DNA of 32,000 bases from Mycobacterium sp. (GCA_965279745.1 OZ257262.1:329201-361200), one strand, 5' to 3'; positions 19,901-30,700 are shown, counted from the stretch's first letter. The notes: generated from the letters alone by a model not told the origin. Numbers and translations are program-made.

Positions 19901-20000
19901 GGTGGTAACGGCTACAACGACCTGACCACCGGTGCCAGCGCCGGTAACGGCGGTAACGGTGGTAACGCCGGGTTGATCGGTAACGGCGGTAATGGTGGTA
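14600..20000 (+). repeat. Array of at least 8 higher-order modules of about 630-700 bp (about 220 aa) inside the giant gene
   Basis: An anchor motif GG(N/D)GG(A/N)G(W/F/Y)(N/T/D)S recurs near 14603, 15255, 15912, 16566, 17219, 17906, 18539, 19236 and 19914. Each is preceded by [10 protein letters not shown]..(T/N)P(D/N)GGxGGxGGxxGxAG and followed by ..[26 protein letters not shown]. Confidence 0.75.
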
Positions 20001-22975
20001 ACGGTGGCGCGGCGGATGCCCAGACCGGTACCAGCACCGGGGTGATCAGGACTGGCGGTAATGGTGGTGCTGGTGGTGCTGGTGGTGCCACGTCGGGTAA
20101 CGGTGGTGCCGGTGGTGCTGGTGGCAACGCGCATACCCGCGATTCGGGTTCGCGGGCGATCGGTGGTGCTGGCGGTGCTGGTGGCGCGTCGATCGGGGCC
20201 ACGGGCTCGAGCAGTGCCGCGGGTAATGGTGGTGCCGGTGGTAACGGGAACTCTGAACAGGATCACGGCTTCGGTGGTACCGGTGGTGCTGGCGGGTCGG
20301 TGGCGTTCGCTGACGGTAATGGCGGTAATGGTGGTGCCGGTGGTGGTGCTACGGGTGCCGGTATTGCTGCTGGTGGTGCTGGTGGTGCTGGTGGTGCTGT
20401 CGGTTCTGGTGTCGGTAACGGCGGTAATGGTGGTGCTGGTGGTGGCGCCTCTGGTGACACGTTCGTCAGCTCGACCGGTGGTGCTGGTGGTGCCGGTGGT
20501 ACCGGCGGTGCTGGTGGTGGTGATGGTGGTGCTGGCGCGGTCGGTGGTGACGCGACCTCGGTCAATACCATTGCTACCGGTGGTGCTGGTGGTAAGGGCG
20601 GATTCGCGGCGGGCACGGTCGGTAACGGTGGTGCTGGTGGTGCCGGTGGTAGCGGTGCGGCCGGGGCCTCTGGTGATACCGCCACGGGCGGTCAGGGTGG
20701 TGCCGGTGGTGGCGCGTCTGCCGGTAACGGTGGTGCTGGTGGTGCCGGTGGCGGCGCCTCAGTCGGCGCGACGGGCTTCGCTGCCTTTGGTGGTGCCGGC
20801 GGTGCCGGTGGTGCTGGTGGCGGTGTCGGTAACGGTGGTGCCGGCGGTAAGGGCGGCAACGCACAAGGCATCGGATTCGTTGGAACCTTCGATGCGCAGG
20901 CCGGTGTCGGTGGTATCGGTGGGGCCGCGGGGGTGACCGGTACCGGTGGCCAGGGCGGCGACGGCGGTGACGCCGTGTCCACAGGCACCGGCATCGTCAA
21001 CACCGGCGCTGTTGGTGGTAACGCCGGTAAGGGCGGCACCGGCGGATCCACCAGTGGCAACGGCGGCGCCGGCGGCAAGGGCGGCGCAGCCACCGCGGCG
21101 GATAGCTTCGCCAAGGGCGGTGCGGCCGGTAATGGTGGTAACGCTGTCAACGCCGGCAACGGTGGTGTCGGCGGTCGCGGCGGCGACGCCACGATGACAG
21201 GCGCCGGTTCCACGGCTAACGGTGGTGTTGGTGGTCAAGGTGGTGCGGCGGGCAGCCTCAGCGGTAACGGCGGTGCTGGTGGCCGCGGCGGCGACGCGTC
21301 CGCGACCGGGGCAGGTTCGACCGCCACCGGTGGTGCCGGTGGTACTGGTGCTAACGCCGCCGTCGAAGGTGCCGGTGCTGGTGGCGCCGGCGGTGACGCC
21401 ACCTCAGCGGTCGGCAATGCTCGCGGTGGTGTTGGTGGTAAGGGTGGTGACGGTGCGCTCGGCACCGCAGGTACCACCGGCGGAGTCGGGGGTGCGGGCA
21501 CGACCGGTGCGGCTGGTGGGGCTGGTGGCAGCGCTACCGCAGGCGGCACGGGTAGCGCAATCGGCGGTATCGGCGGCACCGGCGGTGCCGGTGGTGGCGG
21601 TGGGCTCGGCGGCAATGGCAGTGCCGGGACCACCGGTGCTGCAGGCAATACCGCTGGCGCTGGTGGCACCGCTGGTAACGGTGGTAGCGGTGGTGCCGGT
21701 GGAGTTGCAACCACCAGCGGTACCGGGACCGCGGTCGGCGGCAAGGGTGGGCTCGCCGGTGCCGGTGGTACAGGCGGTAAAGGCGGAGTCGGCGGCACCG
21801 GCGGAACCGGGGGTGCCACAGGCGGTGCGGGCGGTGCTGGTGGTGTCGGCGGCAACGCCGGCATCGGTGGTGCCGGTGGCGCCGCAGTCGCTACCGGCGT
21901 CGGAACAATAGCTATCGGCGGAGAAGGCGGCGGTGCTGGCGCGCAAGGCGCCGGTGGCGTTGGTGGTACCGGTGGTGTTGGTGGTACCGGGGCCGCGCTG
22001 GGCGCCGGGGGCAAGGGCGGCAAGGGCGGCGCCGGCGGTAACAACGGCAACGGAGGTGTTGGTGGTGTTGGTGGCACCGGGACCTCTAGCGACGGCAATG
22101 CGATCGGTGGTACTGGCGGCAATATCGCCGTTGCTTCGGTTGCTGCTGCGGCGGGTGGCAAGGGTGGTGCTGGTGGCGCCACCGGTGCCGGTGGCGTGAC
22201 CGGCGGCAACGGCGGCGACGGGGGCAACGGCGGCAAGGCCGGTACAGGTTTTGTCGGTGGGACCGGCGGCAGCGCCTTCTCTAGCGGAACAAACGCTTCT
22301 GCGGTCGGCGGCGTCGGTGGGTCGACCATCAGTTCGACTACGGGTGGAGCAGGTGGTGCTGGAGGTGCGGCCGCGGGTGGTGGTGGAACCACCGGCGCGA
22401 CGGGCGGCACCGGTAGTGCCGGTATCGGTGGTGCTGGCGGCAACGGCGGTAACGCGACCTCCACCAACGGAGCCGCCTTGGGCGGTAACGGCAACATTGG
22501 AGGCGATGCTGGCAGCGGTACTGGTGGTGTTGCGGGGACGGCTGGTAATGGCGGTAGCGCCACGGCCGGCGGAACCAATGCCGGAGCCACTGGTGGGAAG
22601 GGCGGCGTCGGCGGCTCAGGCGCTCCTGCTAACGCGTTCGGTGCTCAGGGTGGCATTGGTGGCAGTGCGACTTCCACCAATGGATTCGCTGTGGGCGGTA
22701 CCGGTGGTCGCGGTGGCGATACATCCAGTGTGATCGGGGGTACCGGTGGTAAGGGCGGCGACGCCGTGGCTGGCGGAACCAACTCTCCGGCCACCGGTGG
22801 TGCCGGCGGTGCCGGCGGCAACGCCACCGTGGCTGGCGGTACGGGCGGTAACGGCGGTAACGGCGGCGACGCCTCGTCGGCCGCCGGAATCCCGACCGGC
22901 GGCAACGGCGGCGGCGGCGGCACTGGTATCGCCCCCGGGGTCAACGGCACCCCAGGCACCCACGGCAACCCCTAA
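16964..22975 (+). CDS. 3' segment of the same giant glycine-rich gene (a continuation, not an independent gene)
   Basis: The GTG at 16964 is an internal Val codon in copy 2, where the frame runs straight through (..[42 protein letters not shown]..). There is no RBS. The same repeat architecture continues. The C-terminal part of about 900 aa switches to GGxGGxGGDA/S-type repeats. The stop at 22973-22975 is followed by a strong hairpin. Confidence 0.8.
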   Translation: MNGADGNGGTGGTGGNAGDAGNGGAGAGGTSGSPDGGTGGDGGDRGTAGVGGAGGAAGGTAGSAGVTGADGSGASGGNGGAGGAGWTSTSGATAGGNGGAGGNAGTYGNGGAGGAGGTGAGGTAGIAGATAAAGGAGNNGGTGGNGSAGGAGGAGGKGGSVAGNGGAGGVGGAGGSGGTGGAGSDGGLGVITINAGAGGNGGTGGTGGAGASGGAGGAGGAAGGVGSSGADADGGAGGSGGNAGNAGNGGTGAQGDLNLGPANGGAGGNGGTWGTAGAGAAGGAAGGAGASAGSSGSSGTAATAGGNGGDGGAGWNSTNPAFGGGNGGAGGNAGSLGTGGNGGTGGQGFTGVTGAVGATGGGAGGNGGTGTAGGNGGAGGNGGVFGGNAGNGGNAGNGGTGGAGGNGGTGASGGAGGTAGNGGSGGAGGSGGAGGKALVAGFTHGNGGNGATGGTGGNAGNGGTGGGGTAGTPNGGDGGAGGTRGGAGASGAGGAAGGTGASAGSAGTSGAAGTTGGNGGAGGAGWNSDSSSAAGGAGGKGGAAGAIGDGGAGGAGGNGFAGAAGGNGSTGGYGVSGGDATSNGGWGTAGGAGGAGGTGGTTSGKGGSGGAGGVGGVGGTGGNGGNGGTGTTAGSGSGGNGGTGSAGGTGGTGGAGGAAGKAGGTGGTTGANGSGGNGGTGGAAGNAGNGGAGAGGTAGTPNGGDGGEGGNRGAAGNGGTGGLAGGTTGGAAAGTTGSTGGVGALGAGGNGGSGGDGFDGSGTTGANGGNGGKGGAAGSFGNGGAGGKGGNGGGGTAGTAGTTGSTDGVTGQAGGVGGAGGAGGRGGLVQGDGGAGGKGGNGATGGTGGDGHDGAAGVTGVNNGVGGAGGTGGNGGAGGAGGKGGKGGTAASGTTGANGSGGNGATGGNAGNAGNGGAGATGTVANPNGGNGGTGGTRGTAGGAGAAGASGTTPGGASGSTGTAGTTGAGATFGGNGGNGGNGYNDLTTGASAGNGGNGGNAGLIGNGGNGGNGGAADAQTGTSTGVIRTGGNGGAGGAGGATSGNGGAGGAGGNAHTRDSGSRAIGGAGGAGGASIGATGSSSAAGNGGAGGNGNSEQDHGFGGTGGAGGSVAFADGNGGNGGAGGGATGAGIAAGGAGGAGGAVGSGVGNGGNGGAGGGASGDTFVSSTGGAGGAGGTGGAGGGDGGAGAVGGDATSVNTIATGGAGGKGGFAAGTVGNGGAGGAGGSGAAGASGDTATGGQGGAGGGASAGNGGAGGAGGGASVGATGFAAFGGAGGAGGAGGGVGNGGAGGKGGNAQGIGFVGTFDAQAGVGGIGGAAGVTGTGGQGGDGGDAVSTGTGIVNTGAVGGNAGKGGTGGSTSGNGGAGGKGGAATAADSFAKGGAAGNGGNAVNAGNGGVGGRGGDATMTGAGSTANGGVGGQGGAAGSLSGNGGAGGRGGDASATGAGSTATGGAGGTGANAAVEGAGAGGAGGDATSAVGNARGGVGGKGGDGALGTAGTTGGVGGAGTTGAAGGAGGSATAGGTGSAIGGIGGTGGAGGGGGLGGNGSAGTTGAAGNTAGAGGTAGNGGSGGAGGVATTSGTGTAVGGKGGLAGAGGTGGKGGVGGTGGTGGATGGAGGAGGVGGNAGIGGAGGAAVATGVGTIAIGGEGGGAGAQGAGGVGGTGGVGGTGAALGAGGKGGKGGAGGNNGNGGVGGVGGTGTSSDGNAIGGTGGNIAVASVAAAAGGKGGAGGATGAGGVTGGNGGDGGNGGKAGTGFVGGTGGSAFSSGTNASAVGGVGGSTISSTTGGAGGAGGAAAGGGGTTGATGGTGSAGIGGAGGNGGNATSTNGAALGGNGNIGGDAGSGTGGVAGTAGNGGSATAGGTNAGATGGKGGVGGSGAPANAFGAQGGIGGSATSTNGFAVGGTGGRGGDTSSVIGGTGGKGGDAVAGGTNSPATGGAGGAGGNATVAGGTGGNGGNGGDASSAAGIPTGGNGGGGGTGIAPGVNGTPGTHGNP

Positions 22976-23009
22976 GCACGGGGTAGTCGATACGCACAAC
23001 TGACAACGA

Positions 23010-23050
23010 CGGCGGGGATCCGCTCCTTTCACAGGAGAGGACCCCCGCCG
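23010..23050 (+). terminator. Intrinsic terminator-like hairpin downstream of giant gene copy 1
   Basis: In CGGCGGGGATCCgCTCCTttcacAGGAGagGGACCCCCGCCG the outer arms match at 11 of 12 positions, and there is an inner 5-bp stem. It is followed by ctgttgtg and begins 35 nt after the stop codon. Confidence 0.55.
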
Positions 23051-23140
23051 CTGTTGTGCGCTTGACGCGGTGCAGTGCGAGTTGGGTGAGGTTTGTGGTG
23101 CTGCGATAGGTCAGAGGTCGATCTTCCGTAGGACCGTCGT

Positions 23141-23590
23141 CTACTCGTTGGCCAAGCCCGCGACGCCGGCCAAGGACTGTCTCAACTTCGGTTGACTCGC
23201 GGTGTGAAGCTCAGGCCGCGTTTGCGGCAGTGCGAAGCCGCTGAGCGAAATTGGCTGCGTCGATGCGAATGGACCACTGACCAGATCCGGCTCTGATTCC
23301 GCGTCCGAGCAGCTCTTCGGCGATGTAGCTGTACCCGTAGGTTGGGTCGTCGCCGTGAGTGTCGATCGCGGCATGGATGGGTGCGTGTCGTCCGGGTTCT
23401 GTTGTTGATGCCGAGCTCCCTTCGATGCGCTCAGGATCAATGCCGCAAGGAAGCAGTTGCTCATCGCCGTCGTCACTCTGAACGAATTCGCCTACCACCG
23501 GCCCCATGACCGCGCCGAGCAATTGGGCCTGTTGACGACGGTTGAGAACCCGGCCAGTCGGGACGGTTGAAAAGTCGGCCTGACCTGTTC
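23141..23590 (-). pseudogene. Degenerate IS3-family transposase (OrfB N-terminal region) fragment
   Basis: The minus-strand translation ..HAPIHAAIDTHGDDPTYGYSYIAEELLGRGIRAGS resembles the conserved IS3 OrfB segment (..IH..DP.FGYR.I..EL...G...). In a shifted frame, PDLVSGPFASTQP resembles DLV.R.F.A..PN. There are multiple frameshifts and deletions, and it is truncated by the adjacent IS remnant. Confidence 0.35.
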
Positions 23591-24201
23591 CCACTTTTGA
23601 CCTGTCCCGGCTTCCCGGACGGCTGGTGTTGGGTGTTCACGCGGCCGTGTTGGTGGTCGTGTGGTGTCTTTCGTAGTCGATAGGGCTGCAGTAGTCCAGA
23701 GCGCTGTGACGGCGGACGGGTTCGATCTGCAGGGAGCCAAAGAACGATTCGATCATCGCGTTGTCAAAGGCGGAGGCCACCTGGCCCATAGAAGCCAGGA
23801 GGCCTGCCTCGCGGAGCCGGTGGCCGAACAGCCAACTGGTACTGGGTTCCGCGGTCGGAGTGCACGATCGTGCCGACGGGTTTGCGGCGTAGTCGGGCCA
23901 TGTCGAGAGCGTCGGCGAACAGTTCGGTCCGCAAGTGATCGGCGATCGACCAGCCGACCACCCGGCGGTAGACCGTAGGTCTGCCGTGAGCCGGTATGGA
24001 TCGCCACGACGGTGTTGGCTAACTCGGCGTCCACACGATCGCTGGTCCTTGGCAACCCGAGCGATCGGCTTCTCCCGCAGCCGGGCCAACTCCACCGCAC
24101 GACGGCGAAACTCCTCCGAATAAGCAGCGGTCATCGTTTCTCTGACTCCTTCCGTTGAGACGATCATCGCCTCAACCGCGGTGTCTGGGAAAGTGGGAAC
24201 A
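23586..24201 (-). mobile_element. Internally deleted IS3-family element (616 bp) that retains both terminal inverted repeats
   Basis: The termini TGTTCCCACTTT (23586-23597) and AAAGTGGGAACA (24190-24201) form a perfect 12-bp inverted repeat. The [10 protein letters not shown] and ATG 24134 open the orfA N-terminus MTAAYSEEFRRRAVELARLREKPIARVAKD. It is then fused, through deletions and frame changes, to OrfB pieces RVDAELANTVVAIHTGSRQTYG, VVGWSIADHLRTELFADALDMA..VGTIVHSDRGTQY and ..MGQVASAFDNAMIESFFGSLQIE..RRHSALDYCSPIDYE. No flanking target duplication is seen. Confidence 0.65.
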
Positions 24202-24480
24202 GGGGTCGCCCGCCTCAATGCCGCCCACAACGCCGGGCGCCTGCCGGCCGAACTGGTCACGCTGCGTCGCGTCGGATCGCTAGTCGGGACGAGGTCGGCT
24301 ACATCCCGTTCAAGCAGGACGCCGCGAACCGGGGGCAGACCCTTGCCCTCGGCCAGAGCAGACAACACCGCACAATAATCCACGACCACGTGCCCACTTT
24401 TCACCGTCGCTTCCGGGCCTAGGTTTCGACCATCGTCAACAGGGCCGCGCGGTCTACCGTCATCTACTCGTGCAGCAGAC
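24202..24480 (+). pseudogene. IS21-family IstB-like ATPase fragment (C-terminal part, frameshifted)
   Basis: The plus-strand translation ARLNAAHNAGRLPAELVTLRR.. then, after a -1 shift, ..DEVGYIPFKQDAAN matches the IstB pattern (L..L..A...G.L...L..L.. LLIIDE.GY.P.....A). Downstream it is degenerate. It begins exactly at the IS3-remnant boundary. Confidence 0.4.
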
Positions 24481-24684
24481 ACACTCCAGTCGTCGTTTGT
24501 GGTTGAGATTTTGAGAGTCGACCTGGGACGGAGTGGTCGGTGGAGGATTCGTTGGCGTGGTTGGGTGGGTCCTCGTGTGCCTGTTGGGTTGCTGGCTGGT
24601 AGGTTTCCGGGTGGTTTGTTGTGTGGTGTGTGGAATGGGCTGTGTGGGTGTCTTCAGACATCTGCGTGGTGGCGATTCGACACG

Positions 24685-24713
24685 CTGACACTTGTGGTGT
24701 TGGTGTGCATAAT
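24685..24713 (+). promoter_or_regulatory. Promoter of giant gene copy 2 (same -35/-10 as copy 1)
   Basis: cTGACA 24685-24690, a 17-nt spacer, then cATAAT 24708-24713. The SD and ATG 24757 are the same as in copy 1. The sequence immediately upstream of -35 differs from copy 1. Confidence 0.5.
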
Positions 24714-24756
24714 GGGCCTAACCGTGCTGAGAAAGTCCTGAGAAGGGGGAGTTGTC

Positions 24757-27700
24757 ATGAGTGTTGTTTCTGGTGTTGAGGGTGGTTCGGATTTTGTTGG
24801 TTCGGCCAGTTCAGTGCGGGTTGGGCGGGGTGTGGTGGTGCGTGCTGTGGGGGTTGGTGTGCGTGGTGGGTTGAGGTCTGTGGTGTCGGGTCCTGGGGGT
24901 TATGTGGGTCGGGTGGGTGCGTTGGCGGTGGCGTTGGGGGTGGGTGCTGCGGTGGCGGTGATGCCGGCGGTGGCGTTTGCTGATACGACGGGTTCGGGGG
25001 GGGGCGTCGGCGTCGGATTCGGGGTCGTCGGGTTCGGTGAAGGGTGCGCCGGGTCATCGTTCGGGTGGTGCGGGGTCGCGGTCGGGGTCGTCTGCGGGTG
25101 GTTCGTCTGCTGGTGGTGTGGGGTCTGAGGGTGTTGTTGAGGGTGGGGTGTCGGGTTCGTCGGGTGTTGGTGGTGAGTCGGAGGGGTCTTCGGTTGGTGC
25201 GGGGTCGGGGGCGGGGTCTGTGTCGGGTGGGGTGAAGTCTGGTCGTCGGTCGGGGTTGGGTTCGGGTGGTTCGGGTTCGGGTGGTTCGGGGTTTGAGGGT
25301 GTGGCGCCGGCGGGTGCGGTGGCGGGTGCGTCGCCGGTGGTGGTGGGTTCGTCGGGTGTGGGTGGGGTGTCTGTTGTGGTGCCGGAGGTGGGTGTGCCGG
25401 TGGTGGATGAGGGTGTGGTGGTTTCGGGTTCTGATGATGTTGTGGTGGCGCCGGTGTTGTCGGTGGCGCCGCCGGTGGCGGCGGTGCCGTCGGGTGCGGT
25501 GTCGGGGTTGGGTGGTGGGTTGTTGTCGTGGCTTGGGTTTGGTGGTGGGGCTGCGGGTGGTTCGGATGGTTCGGGTGTGGGTGGGCCGTTGGGGTGGGCG
25601 TTGTTGGGGTTTGTGCGTCGTGATGGGTCGCGTGGTGGGCGTGATGTGGCGCCGCCGGCGGCGGGGGTGTCGTCGGGTGAGTCGTCGGGTGGGTTGTGGT
25701 CGGGTGCGGGTGCTGCGGTGTCGGGTGTGGGGAGTGTTCCGTCGGCGGCGTCGGTGGGGTCGTCGGTGGGTGCGGGGGCGAGTGATATTTGGTTGTTTGG
25801 GAATGGGACTGCTGAGCATCCTGATGGCGGGATTTTGATTGGTAATGGGTATTCGTGGACGGGGTATGCGGGGGTGTGCACCAGTGGTGCGTGCAATGGT
25901 GGTAATGGTGGGTTGATTGGTTCGGGTGGTGCTGGGTTTGCGGGTGGTAATGGTGGTTCGGCGGGGTGGTTTGGTTCGGGTGGTGCTGGTGGTGCTGGGA
26001 CTAATGGTGTTTCTGGTGGTGCTGGTGGTAAGGGTGGTACGGGTGGGTTGTTTATTGGTAATGGTGGTAATGGTGGTGCTGGTGGTGCTGCGAGTGCTGG
26101 TAATGGTGGTGCGGGTGGTGCTGGTGGGGATACGGGTCTGATTTCGTGGGGTGCTGCGGGTAATGGTGGTGCTGGTGGTGTGGGTAGTGGTGGTTTTGTG
26201 GGTGGTGTTGGTGGTGCGGGTGGTTCTGCTGGGCTGATTTCGACGATTAGTTCTGGTGGTGTGGGTGGTGCTGGTGGTGCTGGTGGTACGGGTGGTGCTG
26301 GTGGTGCTGGTGGTAATGGTGGTTTGGTGGTTGGTGGTGGTGGTGCTGGTGGTACGGGTGGGGCGACCACGTTGATTGGTGGTGTGGGTGGTGATGGTGG
26401 TGATGGTGGTTCTACGGGGTTGTTGTCGGTGTCGGGTGATGGTGGTGCGGGTGGTGCGGGTGGTGCGGGTGGTGCGGGTTTGGCGGGTGTGACGGGGACG
26501 TCGCCGGGTGGTGCGGGTGGTGTGGGTACTGCTGGTGGTAAGGGCGGTGCTGGTGGTGATGGTGGTGCTGGCAGCTTTGTGTTTGGTGCTGGTGGTGCTG
26601 GTGGTGCTGGTGGTGCTGGTGGTGTTGGTGGTGTTGGTGGTACGGGTGCTGCGGGTGCTGGTGCGACGGCTGCGGGTGCTGCTGGTGGTGTTGGTGGTGC
26701 TGGTGGTACGGGTGGTGCTGGTGGTGTTGGTGGTGTGGGTGGTAATGGTGGTGATGGGCGGATTCTGTTCTTTGTTGATTCGTCGGGTGCGGCGGGTGTG
26801 GGTGGTAAGGGTGGTTCCGGCGGTGGTGCGGGTGTTGCCGGTGATGGTGGTGTTGGTGGTGCGGGTAATGCGGGCACGCCTGATGGTGGTGCGGGTGGTG
26901 CTGGTGGTAATCCGGGTAAGGCCGGTGTGGGTGGTGCCGGTGGTGCGGGTGGTTCGGGTAATGGTGGTGGTGGTGCTGGTGCTTCGGGTGCTGCGGGTTC
27001 GGCGGCGACCTCGGGGGGTAATGGCGGTAATGGTGGGGCTGGGTTCAGTGCTGTGGTGGCGGGTGCTGGCGGTAATGGTGGTGCTGGCGGTGCTGGTGGC
27101 GCGGTGGGTAATGGCGGTAATGGTGGTGCGGCGGGTGCGGGTGCTGGGGGTACGGCGGGCACTTCTGGTGTGACGGGCACTGATGGTGGTTCTGGTTTCG
27201 CTGGTGGTGTGGGTGGTGCTGGTGGTGCTGGTGGTAGCACGTCGGGTAATGGTGGTAATGGTGGTGCGGGTGGTGCCGGTGGTGCTGGTGGTGCGGGTGG
27301 TAGTGGTTCTGATGGTGCTGCCGGGGTGGGTTCGGGTGCTTCGGGTAGTGATGGTGGTGATGGTGGTTCTGGTGGTAAGGGCGGTAAGGGTGGTGCCGGC
27401 GGTAACGCGGGTAAGGCGTTGGGGGCTGGTTCGGCTGGGGTGAATGGCACTGGTGGTGCTGGTGGTACGGGTGGTAGTGCGGGTAATGCGGGTAATGGTG
27501 GTACGGGTGCGGCGGGGACGAACATCATCACTCCTGATGGTGGTGCTGGTGGTAATGGTGGTGAGTTGGGTACTGCGGGTACTGGTGGTGCTGGTGGTGC
27601 GGCGGGTACTGGTGGTTCTGGTGGTGCGACCGGTAGTGATGGCGGTAATGGCGGGTCGGGTTCTGGTGGTAATGGTGGTGCGGGTGGTGCCGGCTGGAAT

Positions 27701-30700
27701 TCCACGGTGACCAATGTGGCTGGCGGTAATGGTGGTGCGGGTGGTAACGCGGGCACGGTCGGTAATGGTGGTGCTGGTGGTGCGGGTGGTAACGGGTCGA
27801 CCGGGACTGCTGGTGGTGCTGGTGGTGCGGGTGTTGGTGGCGGTAATGGTGGTGCGGGGTCCACCGCGGGTAATGGTGGTGCTGGTGGTGCTGGTGGCAC
27901 GTTGGTGGGTAATGGTGGTGCTGGTGGTGTTGGTGGTGTTGGTGGTGCGGGTGGTAATGGTGGTGCTGGTGGTGATGGTGCTACTGGTGGTGCTGGTGTG
28001 GCTGGTGGTACTGGTGGTGATGGTGGTACCGGGGGTAGTGGTGCTAAGGGTGGCCAGGGCGGTGCGGGTGGTGCTGCGGGTGGTAAGGGCAGTGTCGGAC
28101 AGAACGGTAATGGTGGTGCTGGTGGCGCCGGGGGTGATGCGGGTAACGCCGGCAATGGCGGTAATGGTGGTGCCGGGACTGCGTTGAACCCGGATGGTGG
28201 TGCTGGTGGTAATGGCGGCAATGTCGGGTTCGCTGGTACTGGTGGTGCTGGTGGTGCGGCGGGTAGTGGTGGCACTGGTGGGGTGAGTGGGGTTACCGGT
28301 GGTGATGGTGGTTCTGCTGGTGGCGGTAATGGCGGTAATGGTGGTGCGGGGTGGAACAGCCTTACTGCGTCGAAGGCTGGCGGTAAGGGTGGTGCTGGTG
28401 GTGCTGGTGGTTTCGTCGGTAATGGTGGTGTTGGTGGTTCTGGCGGTAACGGTGCGAGTGGTCAGGCCGGTGTTGATGGTGGTGTCGGGGTTGATGGGAC
28501 CAGTGGTGGTAATGCCAGCGCTGGTGGTGCCGGTGGTGCGGGCGGTGCTGGTGGGGCGATAGCGGGTTCTGGTGGTGCTGGTGGTTCTGGCGGTAATGGT
28601 GGTTCTGGTGGTGCGGGCGGTAATGGTGGTAACGGTGCTGCTGGTGGTGCTGGTTTGGCTGGTGGGACTGGTGGTAATGGCGGTACGGGTGGTAACGGTG
28701 CTGCTGGTGGTGCTGGTGGTGCTGGTGGTAAGGCGGTCGGTATTGGTTCTGCCGGTAGTGATGGCAGTGGTGGTGCGGGTGGCACGGGTGGTAATGCCGG
28801 TAATGCCGGTAATGGTGGTACCGGTGGTGCGGGTGTGTCGTCGGTGACTCCGAATGGTGGTGCTGGTGGTAATGGTGGTGAGCGTGGCGCGGCGGGTGCT
28901 GGCGCTGCCGGTGGTGCCGCGGGTGGTCCTGGTGGTACGACGGGTGCTAGTGGTGTTGGTGGTGCTGCGGCGTCGGGTGGCAATGGTGGTAATGGTGGTG
29001 CTGGCTGGAACAGCAATGATCCGTCGAAGGCTGGCGGTAAGGGTGGTGCTGGTGGTAACGCGGGTTCGGTCGGTGATGGTGGTGCTGGTGGTGCCGGCGG
29101 TAATGGTGCTTCGGGTGCGGTAGGGGCTAATGCCGGTCCGGGTGGCAATGGTGGTCTTGGTGGTGCGGGCAGTGTTGGTGGTGCCGGTGGTGCTGGCGGT
29201 AACGGCGGGTCGTCGAAGGGTGACGGCGGTGCTGGTGGTGTCGGTGGTGTGGGTGGTGCCGGCGGTAACGGCGGTAACGGCGGTAACGGCGCTACCGGGG
29301 TTGGTGGTGGTGCGTCCGGTGGTGATGGCGGTAATGGTGGCACTGGTGGTGCTGGTGCTGCTGGTGGTAAGGGCGGCACGCACGGGTTCGCGCTCGGTGG
29401 TGGTGTGAATGGTGCTGATGGCAATGGTGGTACTGGTGGCACGGGTGGTAATGCTGGTGATGCCGGTAATGGTGGTGCTGGTGCTGGTGGTACTTCGGGT
29501 TCGCCGGATGGTGGTACCGGTGGTGATGGTGGTGATCGGGGTACTGCCGGTGTTGGTGGTGCCGGGGGTGCTGCTGGAGGGACTGCGGGTTCTGCCGGTG
29601 TGACAGGCGCTGATGGTTCTGGGGCGTCGGGTGGTAATGGTGGTGCTGGTGGTGCCGGTTGGACCAGCACGAGTGGTGCTACCGCTGGTGGTAATGGTGG
29701 TGCTGGTGGTAACGCGGGTACCTATGGCAATGGTGGTGCTGGCGGTGCTGGTGGTACTGGTGCTGGGGGTACTGCGGGGATTGCGGGGGCGACTGCTGCT
29801 GCCGGTGGTGCCGGTAATAACGGCGGCACGGGTGGTAATGGCAGTGCTGGTGGTGCTGGTGGTGCTGGTGGTAAGGGCGGTTCGGTCGCCGGTAATGGTG
29901 GTGCTGGTGGTGTTGGTGGTGCCGGTGGCTCGGGTGGTACCGGTGGCGCCGGGTCTGATGGTGGGCTCGGGGTGATCACGATCAACGCTGGTGCTGGTGG
30001 TAACGGTGGTACGGGTGGTACTGGTGGTGCTGGTGCTTCTGGTGGTGCTGGTGGTGCTGGTGGTGCTGCGGGTGGTGTTGGTTCCTCGGGTGCGGATGCT
30101 GATGGTGGTGCTGGTGGTTCCGGTGGTAATGCCGGTAATGCCGGTAATGGTGGTACGGGTGCTCAGGGTGATTTGAACTTGGGTCCTGCTAATGGTGGTG
30201 CTGGCGGTAATGGTGGTACGTGGGGCACTGCGGGTGCTGGTGCTGCTGGCGGTGCCGCGGGTGGGGCGGGTGCTAGCGCGGGGTCGAGTGGTTCTTCGGG
30301 TACGGCGGCTACTGCTGGTGGTAACGGTGGTGATGGTGGTGCCGGCTGGAACAGCACGAACCCGGCGTTCGGTGGCGGTAATGGTGGTGCCGGCGGTAAT
30401 GCCGGTTCGTTGGGTACTGGTGGTAATGGTGGTACTGGTGGTCAAGGGTTCACTGGTGTTACCGGTGCGGTAGGGGCCACTGGTGGTGGTGCTGGTGGTA
30501 ACGGTGGTACCGGTACCGCGGGTGGTAACGGTGGTGCTGGCGGTAATGGTGGTGTGTTCGGTGGTAACGCCGGTAATGGTGGTAATGCCGGTAATGGTGG
30601 TACCGGTGGTGCTGGCGGTAATGGTGGTACCGGTGCTTCCGGTGGTGCTGGTGGTACTGCCGGTAATGGTGGTAGTGGTGGCGCCGGGGGCAGTGGTGGT

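Noticed and set aside
13400-22900. Regular short repeats that might suggest a CRISPR array or a non-coding tandem satellite.
   Set aside because: There is no alternation of conserved repeats with unique spacers of fixed length. The periodicity is triplet- and codon-based and sits within a single open frame of more than 10 kb.
12318-22975. Annotating the giant gene as a PE_PGRS family member.
   Set aside because: The repeat domain is PGRS-like, but the N-terminus shows no PE domain features (no conserved Pro-Glu near residues 8-9, no helix-turn-helix with YxxxD/E). It has a Sec-type signal peptide instead. Calling it PE_PGRS would over-interpret it.
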